Source of the DNA: Mycolicibacterium mageritense | Lineage (GTDB): Bacteria; Actinomycetota; Actinomycetes; Mycobacteriales; Mycobacteriaceae | Length of the DNA: 32,000 nucleotides | Direction of reading: 5' to 3' | Assembly (NCBI RefSeq): GCF_010727475.1 | Contig: NZ_AP022567.1 | Location: 2,481,910 to 2,513,909 of the forward strand | Part shown: positions 16,173 through 23,761 of the stretch, piece by piece | Layout: every line of letters begins with the position of its first letter | How positions within the stretch are numbered: the stretch's first letter is position 1 | The notes under the pieces: model-generated | Database searches by the model: none | Seen by the model: the letters and a program-made list of their open reading frames with translations, nothing else | Told to the model about the DNA's origin: nothing | Program-made: the position numbers and the translations under genes

Positions 16173-17258
16173 ATGGGTTTCACCAATGTCGCGTGGGAGT
16201 CGCGCAGCACGGAGCAGCTCGCCCGTGACCTGACCGACGGTCCGGGGCCCACGTCCGTCGGGCAGGCGGGTGCCGCATGGGTGCGCGTCGCCAATGAATT
16301 GGCAAGTGTGTCGGCCGATTTCGACAAGATCGTGGAGCGCATCAAGGCCTCGTTCGCCAGCCAGGGATCCGAAGCCGCCACCCGCAAGCTCGAAGAGTTC
16401 GGCAAGTGGCTGCAGGCCATCAGCCTGAGCGCCGCGGCCAACGGCCAACGCGCCGAGGAAGCCGCCGTCGCGAACACCGTCGCGATCATGGCCATGCCGA
16501 GTGTTTCCGAGGCCATCGAGGCCAAGGCGTCGCAGGACATGATGGCCTCGCTGGCGGCATACAACGGCGCCATCCTCACCGGTCGGTTCGCCGAGTTCGA
16601 CGAAGCCGCCACCGCTGATCAGGCCAACGCTGCCGCCGTCATGCAGCAGTACGAAGAAGCGTGCAACGCCCTGGCCCAGCCATGGGACCAGCCGCTGCCG
16701 CCCGATGTCGCCAAGGGCGACGCGCTGAAGGCCGAGCAGGACGCCAAGGCCGGCGAAGGCTCGGGTGGCGGCGCAGGCGGCGGCGGGGCCGGGGGCGCCG
16801 GTGTGGCGCCTGCCCCGTTAGCTCCGTTCCGGGCCAACACCACCGCTTCGACCGGCGAGGCCAAGCCATTGCAGAAAGTCGCGGCCACGGGCGCTGGTGG
16901 TGGCAGCGGCATGGGCGGCGGCTATGGCCCGATGGCCGGTGCCCACGGCCGCGGCGACAACAACCGGGAGCACGAATCCTCGCTTCCCGCAGCCACATTG
17001 GCCGGTGGCGGCGAACCCGGTGCGGGCTTGTCGGACACCGGAGGCTCGTGGCTGCCCGCAGCGCAACAGAGCGATGCGCCGTTCACCGTGTCCAACGTCA
17101 GCTGGGGCCCCAACACGTCGGTGTTCGATGAGTTGGTGGTACCGGAGGGGCCTGAGGCTCCCGGGTTCGCCGACGAGCCGGAGCGCACTCTCGAGCAGGT
17201 GTCAGATCGCTGGGTGGCACCGCCTGTGATCGGCGTGGACAAGGGGCTGTCGATATGA
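16173..17258 (+). CDS. PPE-family-like protein (divergent, no literal PPE motif)
   Basis: 361 aa, ATG 16173 with GGAGGGGG upstream. The N-terminal ~170 aa are colinear with the PPE domain (GPGPTSVGQAGAAWVRVANELAS...; ...AAVANTVAIMAMPSVSEAIEAKA...AAVMQQYEEA). Gly-rich C-terminal half. Stop overlaps the espG ATG. Confidence 0.75.
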   Translation: MGFTNVAWESRSTEQLARDLTDGPGPTSVGQAGAAWVRVANELASVSADFDKIVERIKASFASQGSEAATRKLEEFGKWLQAISLSAAANGQRAEEAAVANTVAIMAMPSVSEAIEAKASQDMMASLAAYNGAILTGRFAEFDEAATADQANAAAVMQQYEEACNALAQPWDQPLPPDVAKGDALKAEQDAKAGEGSGGGAGGGGAGGAGVAPAPLAPFRANTTASTGEAKPLQKVAATGAGGGSGMGGGYGPMAGAHGRGDNNREHESSLPAATLAGGGEPGAGLSDTGGSWLPAAQQSDAPFTVSNVSWGPNTSVFDELVVPEGPEAPGFADEPERTLEQVSDRWVAPPVIGVDKGLSI

Positions 17259-18067
17259 CGGCGTCTCTGCAGCCCCAGTTCGTGCTCACCGACGATGAGT
17301 TGCAGGTGGCAGCCGCTCGCGTCGGGGTGCAGAGCTTCCCGACGGTGCTCGCGGTACGGCCACGGCATGCCACCCTCGACAAGCTTCACGCGGCATTCGA
17401 CAACGCGACCCGGGCTCTGACTTCGCGCGAGGTGATCATCGACGGGGTCGTGGAGCCCGACCTCGTGCCGATCCTGCAGGCGCTGCAACGGCCCGACCGT
17501 GAACTGGCGCTGCGATTGGTGACGCCGGAAGGCACGGCGCGCATCTGCGCGGTGCGCCGCGGCGGGCTGGGCGTCCTCGCCCGGCGTATCGGTCACGAGA
17601 TCACACTGCGCGTCATCGGTCACGGCACCGAATTACGCGACGTGGTGTCCGCGTTGTTGGCCGAGCTGCCACGTGCCGCCGCCGCGGACGTGACCCCGGT
17701 CGGCGCGCCGCTCGATGTGGTGGCCGAAAAGCTCTCCGGCACACACGATCCCGCCGTGCTGGCCGACCGCATCCGGGCGCTGGGAACCGAGCCTCGGGCC
17801 GCGATGCTGCTCGGCTCGGCGCTGGCGTCGCGTCAGGCATTCGGCGAGATCGTCTACTACGCGCTCAACACCGAAGAAGACCGGATCGTCCGCAGCCCGG
17901 CCGCCGTCGGCATCTTCTACACGAAGCGCGGTCGAATTGTGGGCGCGCCCAGCGCATCTCCCGCCGGGCAACTGTGGACCACACTGAAAGCCGGCTCCGA
18001 TCACGCCATCACGCAGGCGATCGCGCAGCTGGTAGAGCTTTCCGACGAGGGATGGGGGGTTCCTTAG
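17255..18067 (+). CDS. espG: ESX secretion-associated chaperone EspG
   Basis: 270 aa. ATGA overlap with the PPE-like gene. Typical EspG layout (FVLTDDELQVAAARVGVQSFPTVLAVRP...; ...RELALRLVTPEGTARICAVRRGGLGVLARR...; C-terminal ...VGIFYTKRGRIVGAP...WTTLKAGS...). Position after PE/PPE as in ESX loci. Confidence 0.85.
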   Translation: MTASLQPQFVLTDDELQVAAARVGVQSFPTVLAVRPRHATLDKLHAAFDNATRALTSREVIIDGVVEPDLVPILQALQRPDRELALRLVTPEGTARICAVRRGGLGVLARRIGHEITLRVIGHGTELRDVVSALLAELPRAAAADVTPVGAPLDVVAEKLSGTHDPAVLADRIRALGTEPRAAMLLGSALASRQAFGEIVYYALNTEEDRIVRSPAAVGIFYTKRGRIVGAPSASPAGQLWTTLKAGSDHAITQAIAQLVELSDEGWGVP

Positions 18068-18142
18068 GGGGAATGGCACTTGGCCCAAAGGCAGAAATCA
18101 TGAGCAACAACAGATCACGACCAGAAAGTGAGAAGTAGCGAA

Positions 18143-18412
18143 ATGACAGTTTCCCTCACACCGGCCGAGGCCGAGGCGAAGATCGATCAGATCAACTCCG
18201 CCCGCGACCAGGCCGTGCAGAAGCTCAACCAGATCGAGGACGCACAGCAGCAGATGCTCTCGGCGTCCTGGCAGGGCACGTCCGCGGGCAACTACGGGCG
18301 CGTCTCGCAGGCGCAGCGCGAGGAGTTCGACCAGCTGATCTCCACGCTGAACAACATCGTCGACAAGGGCTCCGAGCACATCCGCGCGGTGGCCAACCTG
18401 GACCAGGGCTAA
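18143..18412 (+). CDS. WXG100 protein, EsxB (CFP-10)-like
   Basis: 89 aa from ATG 18143; the track start GTG 18128 is an alternative. Two-helix protein with W-x-G (SASWQGTSAG, TGG at 18269-18271). First gene of an esx pair. Confidence 0.8.
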   Translation: MTVSLTPAEAEAKIDQINSARDQAVQKLNQIEDAQQQMLSASWQGTSAGNYGRVSQAQREEFDQLISTLNNIVDKGSEHIRAVANLDQG

Positions 18413-18427
18413 GGGAGGTAGGAAACA

Positions 18428-18718
18428 ATGGCTGCAGACGGCATTCTTTACAACTTCGGCGCCAACGCCGGGCACCTCGAGGACATCACCGGAATGGCCA
18501 ACGCCATTCAGGAAGTCCGCGGCGACATCCAGAGCATCTTCCAGGCTCTGTCCACGGTGTACGAAGGTGACGGCGCCACGGCGCTGAACCAGGCGCACCA
18601 GGAAGTCAACAACATGCTCGACGAAGCGCTCAACACGGTGGTCAACACCCAGAAGCAGGCGCAGGATCAGCAGGACGCCATGCAGGCGATGGACAAGGCG
18701 AACGCAGCTGCGTTCTGA
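18428..18718 (+). CDS. WXG100-like protein, EsxA (ESAT-6)-like, with Y-x-G in place of W-x-G
   Basis: 96 aa, ATG 18428 with GGGAGG upstream. Colinear by eye with ESAT-6 (ILYNFGANAGHLEDITGMANAIQ...). The turn reads STVYEGDGATA (TAC at 18560-18562). Confidence 0.78.
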   Translation: MAADGILYNFGANAGHLEDITGMANAIQEVRGDIQSIFQALSTVYEGDGATALNQAHQEVNNMLDEALNTVVNTQKQAQDQQDAMQAMDKANAAAF

Positions 18719-18732
18719 CCGGTAGCCGTGAG

Positions 18733-18762
18733 GCCCGGGCTTGCATGACCGCAAGCCCGGGC
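18733..18762 (+). terminator. Terminator-like hairpin downstream of the esx pair
   Basis: Perfect 12-bp stem GCCCGGGCTTGC (18733-18744) / GCAAGCCCGGGC (18751-18762), loop ATGACC, followed by TT. Starts 15 nt after the esxA-like stop. Confidence 0.55.
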
Positions 18763-18804
18763 TTCGCGGCTTGAATCAGGATCTAGCTTCAGGAAGGCAG
18801 TTTC

Positions 18805-19140
18805 GTGGGTAAGGACAAACCCCAACTCGAAACACTGACAGATCAAATGAAGGGTTGGCAGGCAAAAGATGCCGACCTGAAAATCTCCGAAGCAGGCAAG
18901 ACCAAGTACACAAACGCCATCAAGGCGCTCCGCGCCGAGCTGGTATCCGCACAAACCAAGCTCGCCGAGTTGAAGCAGATCGGGGATTCCGGTGCGTACC
19001 CCTCGGCAACAGCCACCAAAGCCGGGCTCGAGCAGAATGCCAAGACCCTGGACGAAACCCTTACGGCGTACATCGCATACCTGGACGCGTACAACCAGAC
19101 CGTGATCGACGCGTGTAACCGCATGGTGCAGTCCGGGTAG
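18805..19140 (+). CDS. Small helical protein, candidate PE-like partner of the following large protein
   Basis: 111 aa, GTG 18805 with AGGAAGG 7 nt upstream. Predicted all-helical, Lys/Ala/Thr-rich (TKYTNAIKALRAELVSAQTKLAELKQ...LTAYIAYLDAYNQTVIDA). Locally lower GC than its neighbours. No family recognised. Confidence 0.5.
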   Translation: MGKDKPQLETLTDQMKGWQAKDADLKISEAGKTKYTNAIKALRAELVSAQTKLAELKQIGDSGAYPSATATKAGLEQNAKTLDETLTAYIAYLDAYNQTVIDACNRMVQSG

Positions 19141-19179
19141 TTTTGAAAATCGCCACAGTTGTGTCAGAACGGAGCAGTC

Positions 19180-20610
19180 ATGTGCTTTGACGACATCGGA
19201 GACGCCATCGAGTCCGGCGCCGAATGGCTGGACAACTGGGGCGAGGAGAATCTGGGTCTGCCCGGGATGTTCACGGACTGGACCACGTACGACGGCGAGT
19301 ACAAGGACGGCAGCGGCAAGGTCGACCTCAGCGAAGTACCCGGCGGCTACCCGGTGGACGCCCTCAATGTCGCGCCCGGCTCATACACCACGGTCGCATT
19401 CACCGATGTGTACGACAACATGAAGAACGCCGGCGAGAACGTCACGAACGGGCACGCTGCGATATGGGAACAGATCTCGAACACCATGTCGCAAGCCGTC
19501 ATGACGTACAAGACCTTCCTGGAAGGCATCCGGGACTCCGACGATAACTGGGTAGGTAAGGCGGCGGATTCCGCCAACCAGAACATCACCACGTCGTTCG
19601 CTCAATTGGATGGCGCATCCAAATCGTCCACCGCGATGGTCCATCTGGCGCCAGCCTTCGCCACGACCATCGGCAATGTGGTCAAGGAAGTCGTCCACCG
19701 CAAGAGTGACTACGACGACGACATGAGTTCCTGGCCCGATCACCGGGACCAGATCAAGCGGGAGTACGACACGCTCGCGCAGTCCGTCATGTCGGACTAC
19801 GCCTCGAACATCGGCCAGATCGCGACGAAGAATCCAGACTTGACGGGTGGCAAGGAGAATCCCGAGAAGCCGGGACCGGCCGCCCCCACCAACACTCCGA
19901 CGAACTACGGTGGGCCGTCCAACAGCGGTGGCGGATCACCCAGTAAGGGTTCGGGCGCGGGCAAGCCGGACCTCTCCGGACTCAAGAAGACCACGGCCAA
20001 ACCGAATTTCGATCCCACGAAGCTGCAGCAGCAGACCACGCCGCAAAAGACCACGCCGCAGACGAGCACACCCAGCTTGCCGACCCAAGGGTTGACCGAT
20101 GCGGCCAAGGCCGCACAGGATGCTGCCAGTCAGGGGCTCGACGCGGCGAAACAAGCCATGGATCAGGCGCTCGGCAACAATCAGAATCCGTCTGGTCTGC
20201 CTGAAGGCGTTCTTGGGCTCGGCCCGAAGGGGCTGAGCGGTGCGGGCAAGGGCACCGGAGGTGGCGGCGGCCGTGCAGGCGGTGGCAGCGGCAGCGGTTC
20301 GGGGGCACGCACGTCGCCGCTGGCCCGCAACGCCGGTACCGCAACGGCGGCTACCACGAAAAGCACCGGCGCGACGACCACGGCCGCGCGATCCGGTATC
20401 AGTGCCGGTTCGGGTGCACCGGGCGCAGGGGCACCGGCTGCCGGGCATCGCGGCAACGGGGCCGACGGTTCGGTTCACAAGGCGAACAAGGCGTTGCGCC
20501 GCAAGAAGAACGGCGAGAACGTGATGGGCGACGCCGAGGCAGTGGTGGCGGTTGTCGGCGATGACACACAAGAACCGCGGATGGTTGTTCCGGCAGCTGC
20601 TGAGAAGTGA
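19180..20610 (+). CDS. Large WxG-containing PPE/EspB-like T7SS-substrate-like protein with disordered C-terminal half
   Basis: 476 aa from ATG 19180 (GGAG 5 nt upstream). The helical domain HAAIWEQISNTMSQAVMTYKTFLEGIRDSDDNWVGKAADSANQN... contains W-x-G at aa 124-126. This is followed by a P/T/Q-rich tract and a Gly-rich tract (GKGTGGGGGRAGGGSGSGSG) and a basic tail. The overall layout resembles EspB. Confidence 0.55.
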   Translation: MCFDDIGDAIESGAEWLDNWGEENLGLPGMFTDWTTYDGEYKDGSGKVDLSEVPGGYPVDALNVAPGSYTTVAFTDVYDNMKNAGENVTNGHAAIWEQISNTMSQAVMTYKTFLEGIRDSDDNWVGKAADSANQNITTSFAQLDGASKSSTAMVHLAPAFATTIGNVVKEVVHRKSDYDDDMSSWPDHRDQIKREYDTLAQSVMSDYASNIGQIATKNPDLTGGKENPEKPGPAAPTNTPTNYGGPSNSGGGSPSKGSGAGKPDLSGLKKTTAKPNFDPTKLQQQTTPQKTTPQTSTPSLPTQGLTDAAKAAQDAASQGLDAAKQAMDQALGNNQNPSGLPEGVLGLGPKGLSGAGKGTGGGGGRAGGGSGSGSGARTSPLARNAGTATAATTKSTGATTTAARSGISAGSGAPGAGAPAAGHRGNGADGSVHKANKALRRKKNGENVMGDAEAVVAVVGDDTQEPRMVVPAAAEK

Positions 20611-21605
20611 CGTTTCTGTCGTCGGCGGCCCTGCTCTTGCCACCTGCCACGCCCCTTACGGATCCAACCCTGGATATCAGCGGTAGATGGCGCGGAGTGT
20701 CCGCATCCCCCGGCCGCTCCCCGGTGGACATGGCGGTACAAGCCGGGCGGGCGGCAATCTCCGCCTCCGCGGTGTCGTCCACCGACGTCCGGTGGACCCT
20801 GCATGCGGGTTCGGGATATCAAGGCCCGATGGGTTGGCCCATCCACCACGGGATCCAACACGGCATCGTCGGCAACGTAGGCAATGCGCTCGAGGTCAAG
20901 CAATACTGTGCCGCGGGCCTCACCACGTGGATCATGGCGTCCAGCATGCTCTCTGGCGATGACGGCGCAGTCGTGTGCACAGGTGCCGACAACTGGTCGT
21001 GGGGCGACCGTTACGCGACCTCCCGCTCCGCGGGCGGGGAGCCGTTTTCAGATGTGGCGCACGCAGTCGTGCTCACCGGCGGCGACGGGTTCGCGGATAT
21101 CCTCGGATACGGGACCGCAAGCTGTCCCGGTCAGGCCCGAGTGTGGCAGACCCGAGAGAGTTTCTGGGAGAACGCGTCACTCGACGATTACCGCGCTGCC
21201 TATGAGCGTGCCGTTGCTGCGCACCGCCCAGAGGACGCCCGTGATTCCCTGCGGATGCTGGTTCGAGCGGTGAGGTCGGCACTTTCCGCGGCGGCGTTGA
21301 GTCCGCAGTACATCACTCATTTCATTCCGCATGGAACAGGCAGTGGCGAACCGTACCGAACCTTGGCCGACAAGATCGGGCTGCCGTGGTCGGAGGCCCT
21401 GTACGACTACCAGGTCGCCCAGGGATACCTCGCCGTCAGCACTCAGGTCGCCGGGCTGATTCATTGTGCCGAAACGGGTTTGAAGGCGGATTCCATCGTG
21501 CTTCTGGTGGCCGCGGAGTACCAGCTGAGCGCCACGGCCGTGGTCCTCAGAATCCTGCGGACCCCGCAAGTATCAGGAGACGGCGACGTTAGGGTGATGG
21601 CGTGA
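20607..21605 (+). CDS. KAS III (FabH)-like thiolase-fold protein with non-canonical catalytic residues
   Basis: 332 aa. GTG start overlaps the upstream stop (GTGA, 20607-20610). Colinear by eye with FabH: NALEVKQYCAAGLT (Cys101, TGT 20907-20909) vs AACAGF; HFIPHGTGSG (His242) vs VPHQAN; QGYLAVST (Tyr274) vs HGNTSAAS; C-terminal LLVAAEYQLSATAVVLR vs LLEAFGGGFTWGSALVR. Confidence 0.65.
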   Translation: MTFLSSAALLLPPATPLTDPTLDISGRWRGVSASPGRSPVDMAVQAGRAAISASAVSSTDVRWTLHAGSGYQGPMGWPIHHGIQHGIVGNVGNALEVKQYCAAGLTTWIMASSMLSGDDGAVVCTGADNWSWGDRYATSRSAGGEPFSDVAHAVVLTGGDGFADILGYGTASCPGQARVWQTRESFWENASLDDYRAAYERAVAAHRPEDARDSLRMLVRAVRSALSAAALSPQYITHFIPHGTGSGEPYRTLADKIGLPWSEALYDYQVAQGYLAVSTQVAGLIHCAETGLKADSIVLLVAAEYQLSATAVVLRILRTPQVSGDGDVRVMA

Positions 21606-22372
21606 GCAGGATCCCGATGAATCACGTCGGCTCGATCGACGTGGTCGATCTCACCGTCGTGAGCCGCGATCATGGTCGGGATTTCATCCCGTTCCCATTC
21701 ATGCAGACGCGTGCGTCCACAGTCGATCCCGAGGCTTTCGAGATGCACGCCCGCAAGGTGATCGAGAGGTTCTACAACGGTGACCTGAGTGTTCTCCAGA
21801 ACTGGGCAGGCACCTACGTGCGGGCGGACATCCGCGTCGAAGCCCACGTCCAGTTCATCCCAGCGGACAAGACCAGCGTTCGTGTCGTCGCCCACCGAAT
21901 GGGTGAGAAAGGCTACTTCGCGAGGCAGACAGACGCTGACGTGATCGAGATCTTCTCGTTGTCGCCTTACGATCTCGGTGAAGCAGTTGCGGAATCGATG
22001 GGCACGGTCACTCCCGGCAACCGCCCCGCGATCGTTGTCCCCGAGTACCAGGCACCCCCGTCGCCCGTCGAGGAAAGCGATGGGATTTCCGTCCGATCTC
22101 ATCGCGACTCCGACGAGATCGCCAAGATCGCTCGTGGCGAGATCAGTGCACTGGCGACTGTGCAAAGCCATTGGCGGCCCACCCGCAGGTGGGGAGTCGA
22201 CCGCGGGAAGAATGCGGTCGTGTGGGTGCGGGTACAAGATGACGGCGATTACCTGTATGCACCGGATTACACTGTGGCACAACCGATGTCAAAACCGCAG
22301 CTGGCTGCTCGGATCAACCGGCTGATTGCCGATGACGTCGCCGTGCTGCGCAGGTTCCGCGACGGCGCATAA
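21602..22372 (+). CDS. EspG-like protein (second copy, divergent)
   Basis: 256 aa. GTGA overlap with the upstream gene; alternative ATG at 21617. Same block order as the EspG at 17255 (DFIPFPFMQTRAS..., ...ADIRVEAHVQFIPADKTSVRVVAHRMGEKGYFARQ...EIFSLSPYDLGEAVAESMG, C-terminal ...VVWVRVQDDGDYLYAPDYTVAQPMSKPQLAARINRLI). Assignment made by eye only. Confidence 0.5.
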   Translation: MSRIPMNHVGSIDVVDLTVVSRDHGRDFIPFPFMQTRASTVDPEAFEMHARKVIERFYNGDLSVLQNWAGTYVRADIRVEAHVQFIPADKTSVRVVAHRMGEKGYFARQTDADVIEIFSLSPYDLGEAVAESMGTVTPGNRPAIVVPEYQAPPSPVEESDGISVRSHRDSDEIAKIARGEISALATVQSHWRPTRRWGVDRGKNAVVWVRVQDDGDYLYAPDYTVAQPMSKPQLAARINRLIADDVAVLRRFRDGA

Positions 22373-22379
22373 CAGGGTC

Positions 22380-22802
22380 TCACCCGGCCCGCAGTTCGGT
22401 GAGTTCGTAGCGCGTACGCTGCACGAGGCCGGTTCCAACTTTCCACAAGCGCAACCATTCTCCGGTTTCCTGCTCCGTGAGTTCCCAGGCGATCGCGCAG
22501 GTCGAGGGATCCACGGCGCGCACAGTGTTCGACTCCAACCCGCCGCCGACGATCACGATCGAACCGTCGGATCCGACGTAATCGTGGCTCAGCCCAAGTT
22601 GACAGACAGGTCCGGATTCGCCGGTCGACAGATCCCATTGCTGCCAACGGTCGTCGGTTCCGCCCTGGTCCAGGTAGATCTTGTCGCCGATCACCCTGAA
22701 GTAGATGCCCGGTGTGGGCGCCGGGATCGAGGTGACCAGATCACCGGCCGCCGAGAATACTTGCCATTTGGCGGGTTTGGACCGCAGCCGAGCCATCGGC
22801 AT
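22380..22802 (-). CDS. Hypothetical beta-rich protein (propeller-blade-like), possibly a gene fragment
   Basis: 140 aa from ATG 22802 (GGAG 9 nt upstream); the track start is TTG 22826. Convergent with the EspG-like gene, 7 nt apart. Beta-strand-rich sequence (KWQVFSAAGDLV..., IYFRVIGDKIYLDQGG, DGSIVIVGGG). No family recognised. Confidence 0.4.
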   Translation of the reverse strand: MPMARLRSKPAKWQVFSAAGDLVTSIPAPTPGIYFRVIGDKIYLDQGGTDDRWQQWDLSTGESGPVCQLGLSHDYVGSDGSIVIVGGGLESNTVRAVDPSTCAIAWELTEQETGEWLRLWKVGTGLVQRTRYELTELRAG

Positions 22803-23048
22803 CACCTGGTTCTCCACCGGAGTCAAATCGTAGTTCTCGTCCAGATAGCGTGTTGACCGTCTCTCGGGATGACGACCACGAGGTACTCATCCGTCATTGA
22901 GCTTGCCGATGTGACCGTTGGCGTGGTCGCCAGGTTGATCTTGGTCGTGTGCACCATCAGTGTGACGAGGAACTGATGGGTCGCGCGGCACCCCGCTGAA
23001 GTCTTGGTGGGCTCGCAGGGTGCCGCGCTGTAGTGCACGGAGGCACCG

Positions 23049-23695
23049 ATGGTGACGGTAGAGGCTGATCTGGTCTGCGTCGAGTCCCGGCTGGCGGCCG
23101 GCCAGATCCGCTGCCCGGCGTGCCCGCAGGGCGTGCTGGCTGGATGGGGATTCGCCCGCACTCGCCGCGTGGTGGGCCTGGGTCTGGCCGGTGCGGTTCG
23201 GCCACGGCGGGCGCGATGCCGATCGTGTCTGGTGACCCATGTGTTGTTGCCGGTCACGGTGCTGCTGCGCAGAGCGTATGCAGCCGAACAGATTTGGATG
23301 GCATTGGCTGCTCGCGCACAGGGGGTGGGGCACCGCCGGATCGCCGCTGGACTCAACGTTCCGGCGACCACGGTGCGGGCTGGCTGCGCCGGGCCAGCGG
23401 CCGACTGGAGGCGATCCGGGCGCGGTTCATTCAGATGGCGGTGCTCATCGGGATCGACGTGACGATCCCCGACGAACAGAGCTATCCCTGGGGTGACGTG
23501 GTGGCCGCGGTCGATGCCGCGGCGGCGGCGATCGGGCAGCGGTTCGGGCCGGCCGGGTTGGTGGGCGCGGTGACGCCGGCGCAGGTGATGGTCGCGGTCA
23601 GCGGCGGCCGACTGCTGGCATCGGACTGGCCGGTGGCGTTACCGGCGCCGTTCACAACACCAGTTGCCCCTGATGCGCCACGTGGGAATCGGTGA
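23049..23695 (+). pseudogene. Transposon-associated Zn-ribbon + HTH protein, split by a frame break
   Basis: The frame from ATG 23049 (CPACPQG...CRSC, then ...HRRIAAGLNVPATTVR) continues sensibly only in the frame of ORF 23120-23695 (GWLRRASGRLEAIRARFIQMAVLIG...). The switch is at the G3 run 23377-23379, where one more G would give ...TTVRGWLRR.... Confidence 0.6.
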
Positions 23696-23761
23696 TCCTC
23701 GCGAAGGCACCTGCCCGACAAACAGTTTCGGGCCGGGCCATTGACTGTGTGAGGAGAGACG

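Noticed and set aside
18805-19140. Search for a Y-x-x-x-D/E export motif in the 111-aa, PE-like (15825) and 96-aa small proteins
   Set aside because: The candidates (for example LTAYIAYLDAYNQ) do not fit the exact spacing, and the PE-like protein's C-terminal half (…EVHAAFTRSS…DFAV) has no Tyr. I therefore make no claim of a canonical export signal for these.
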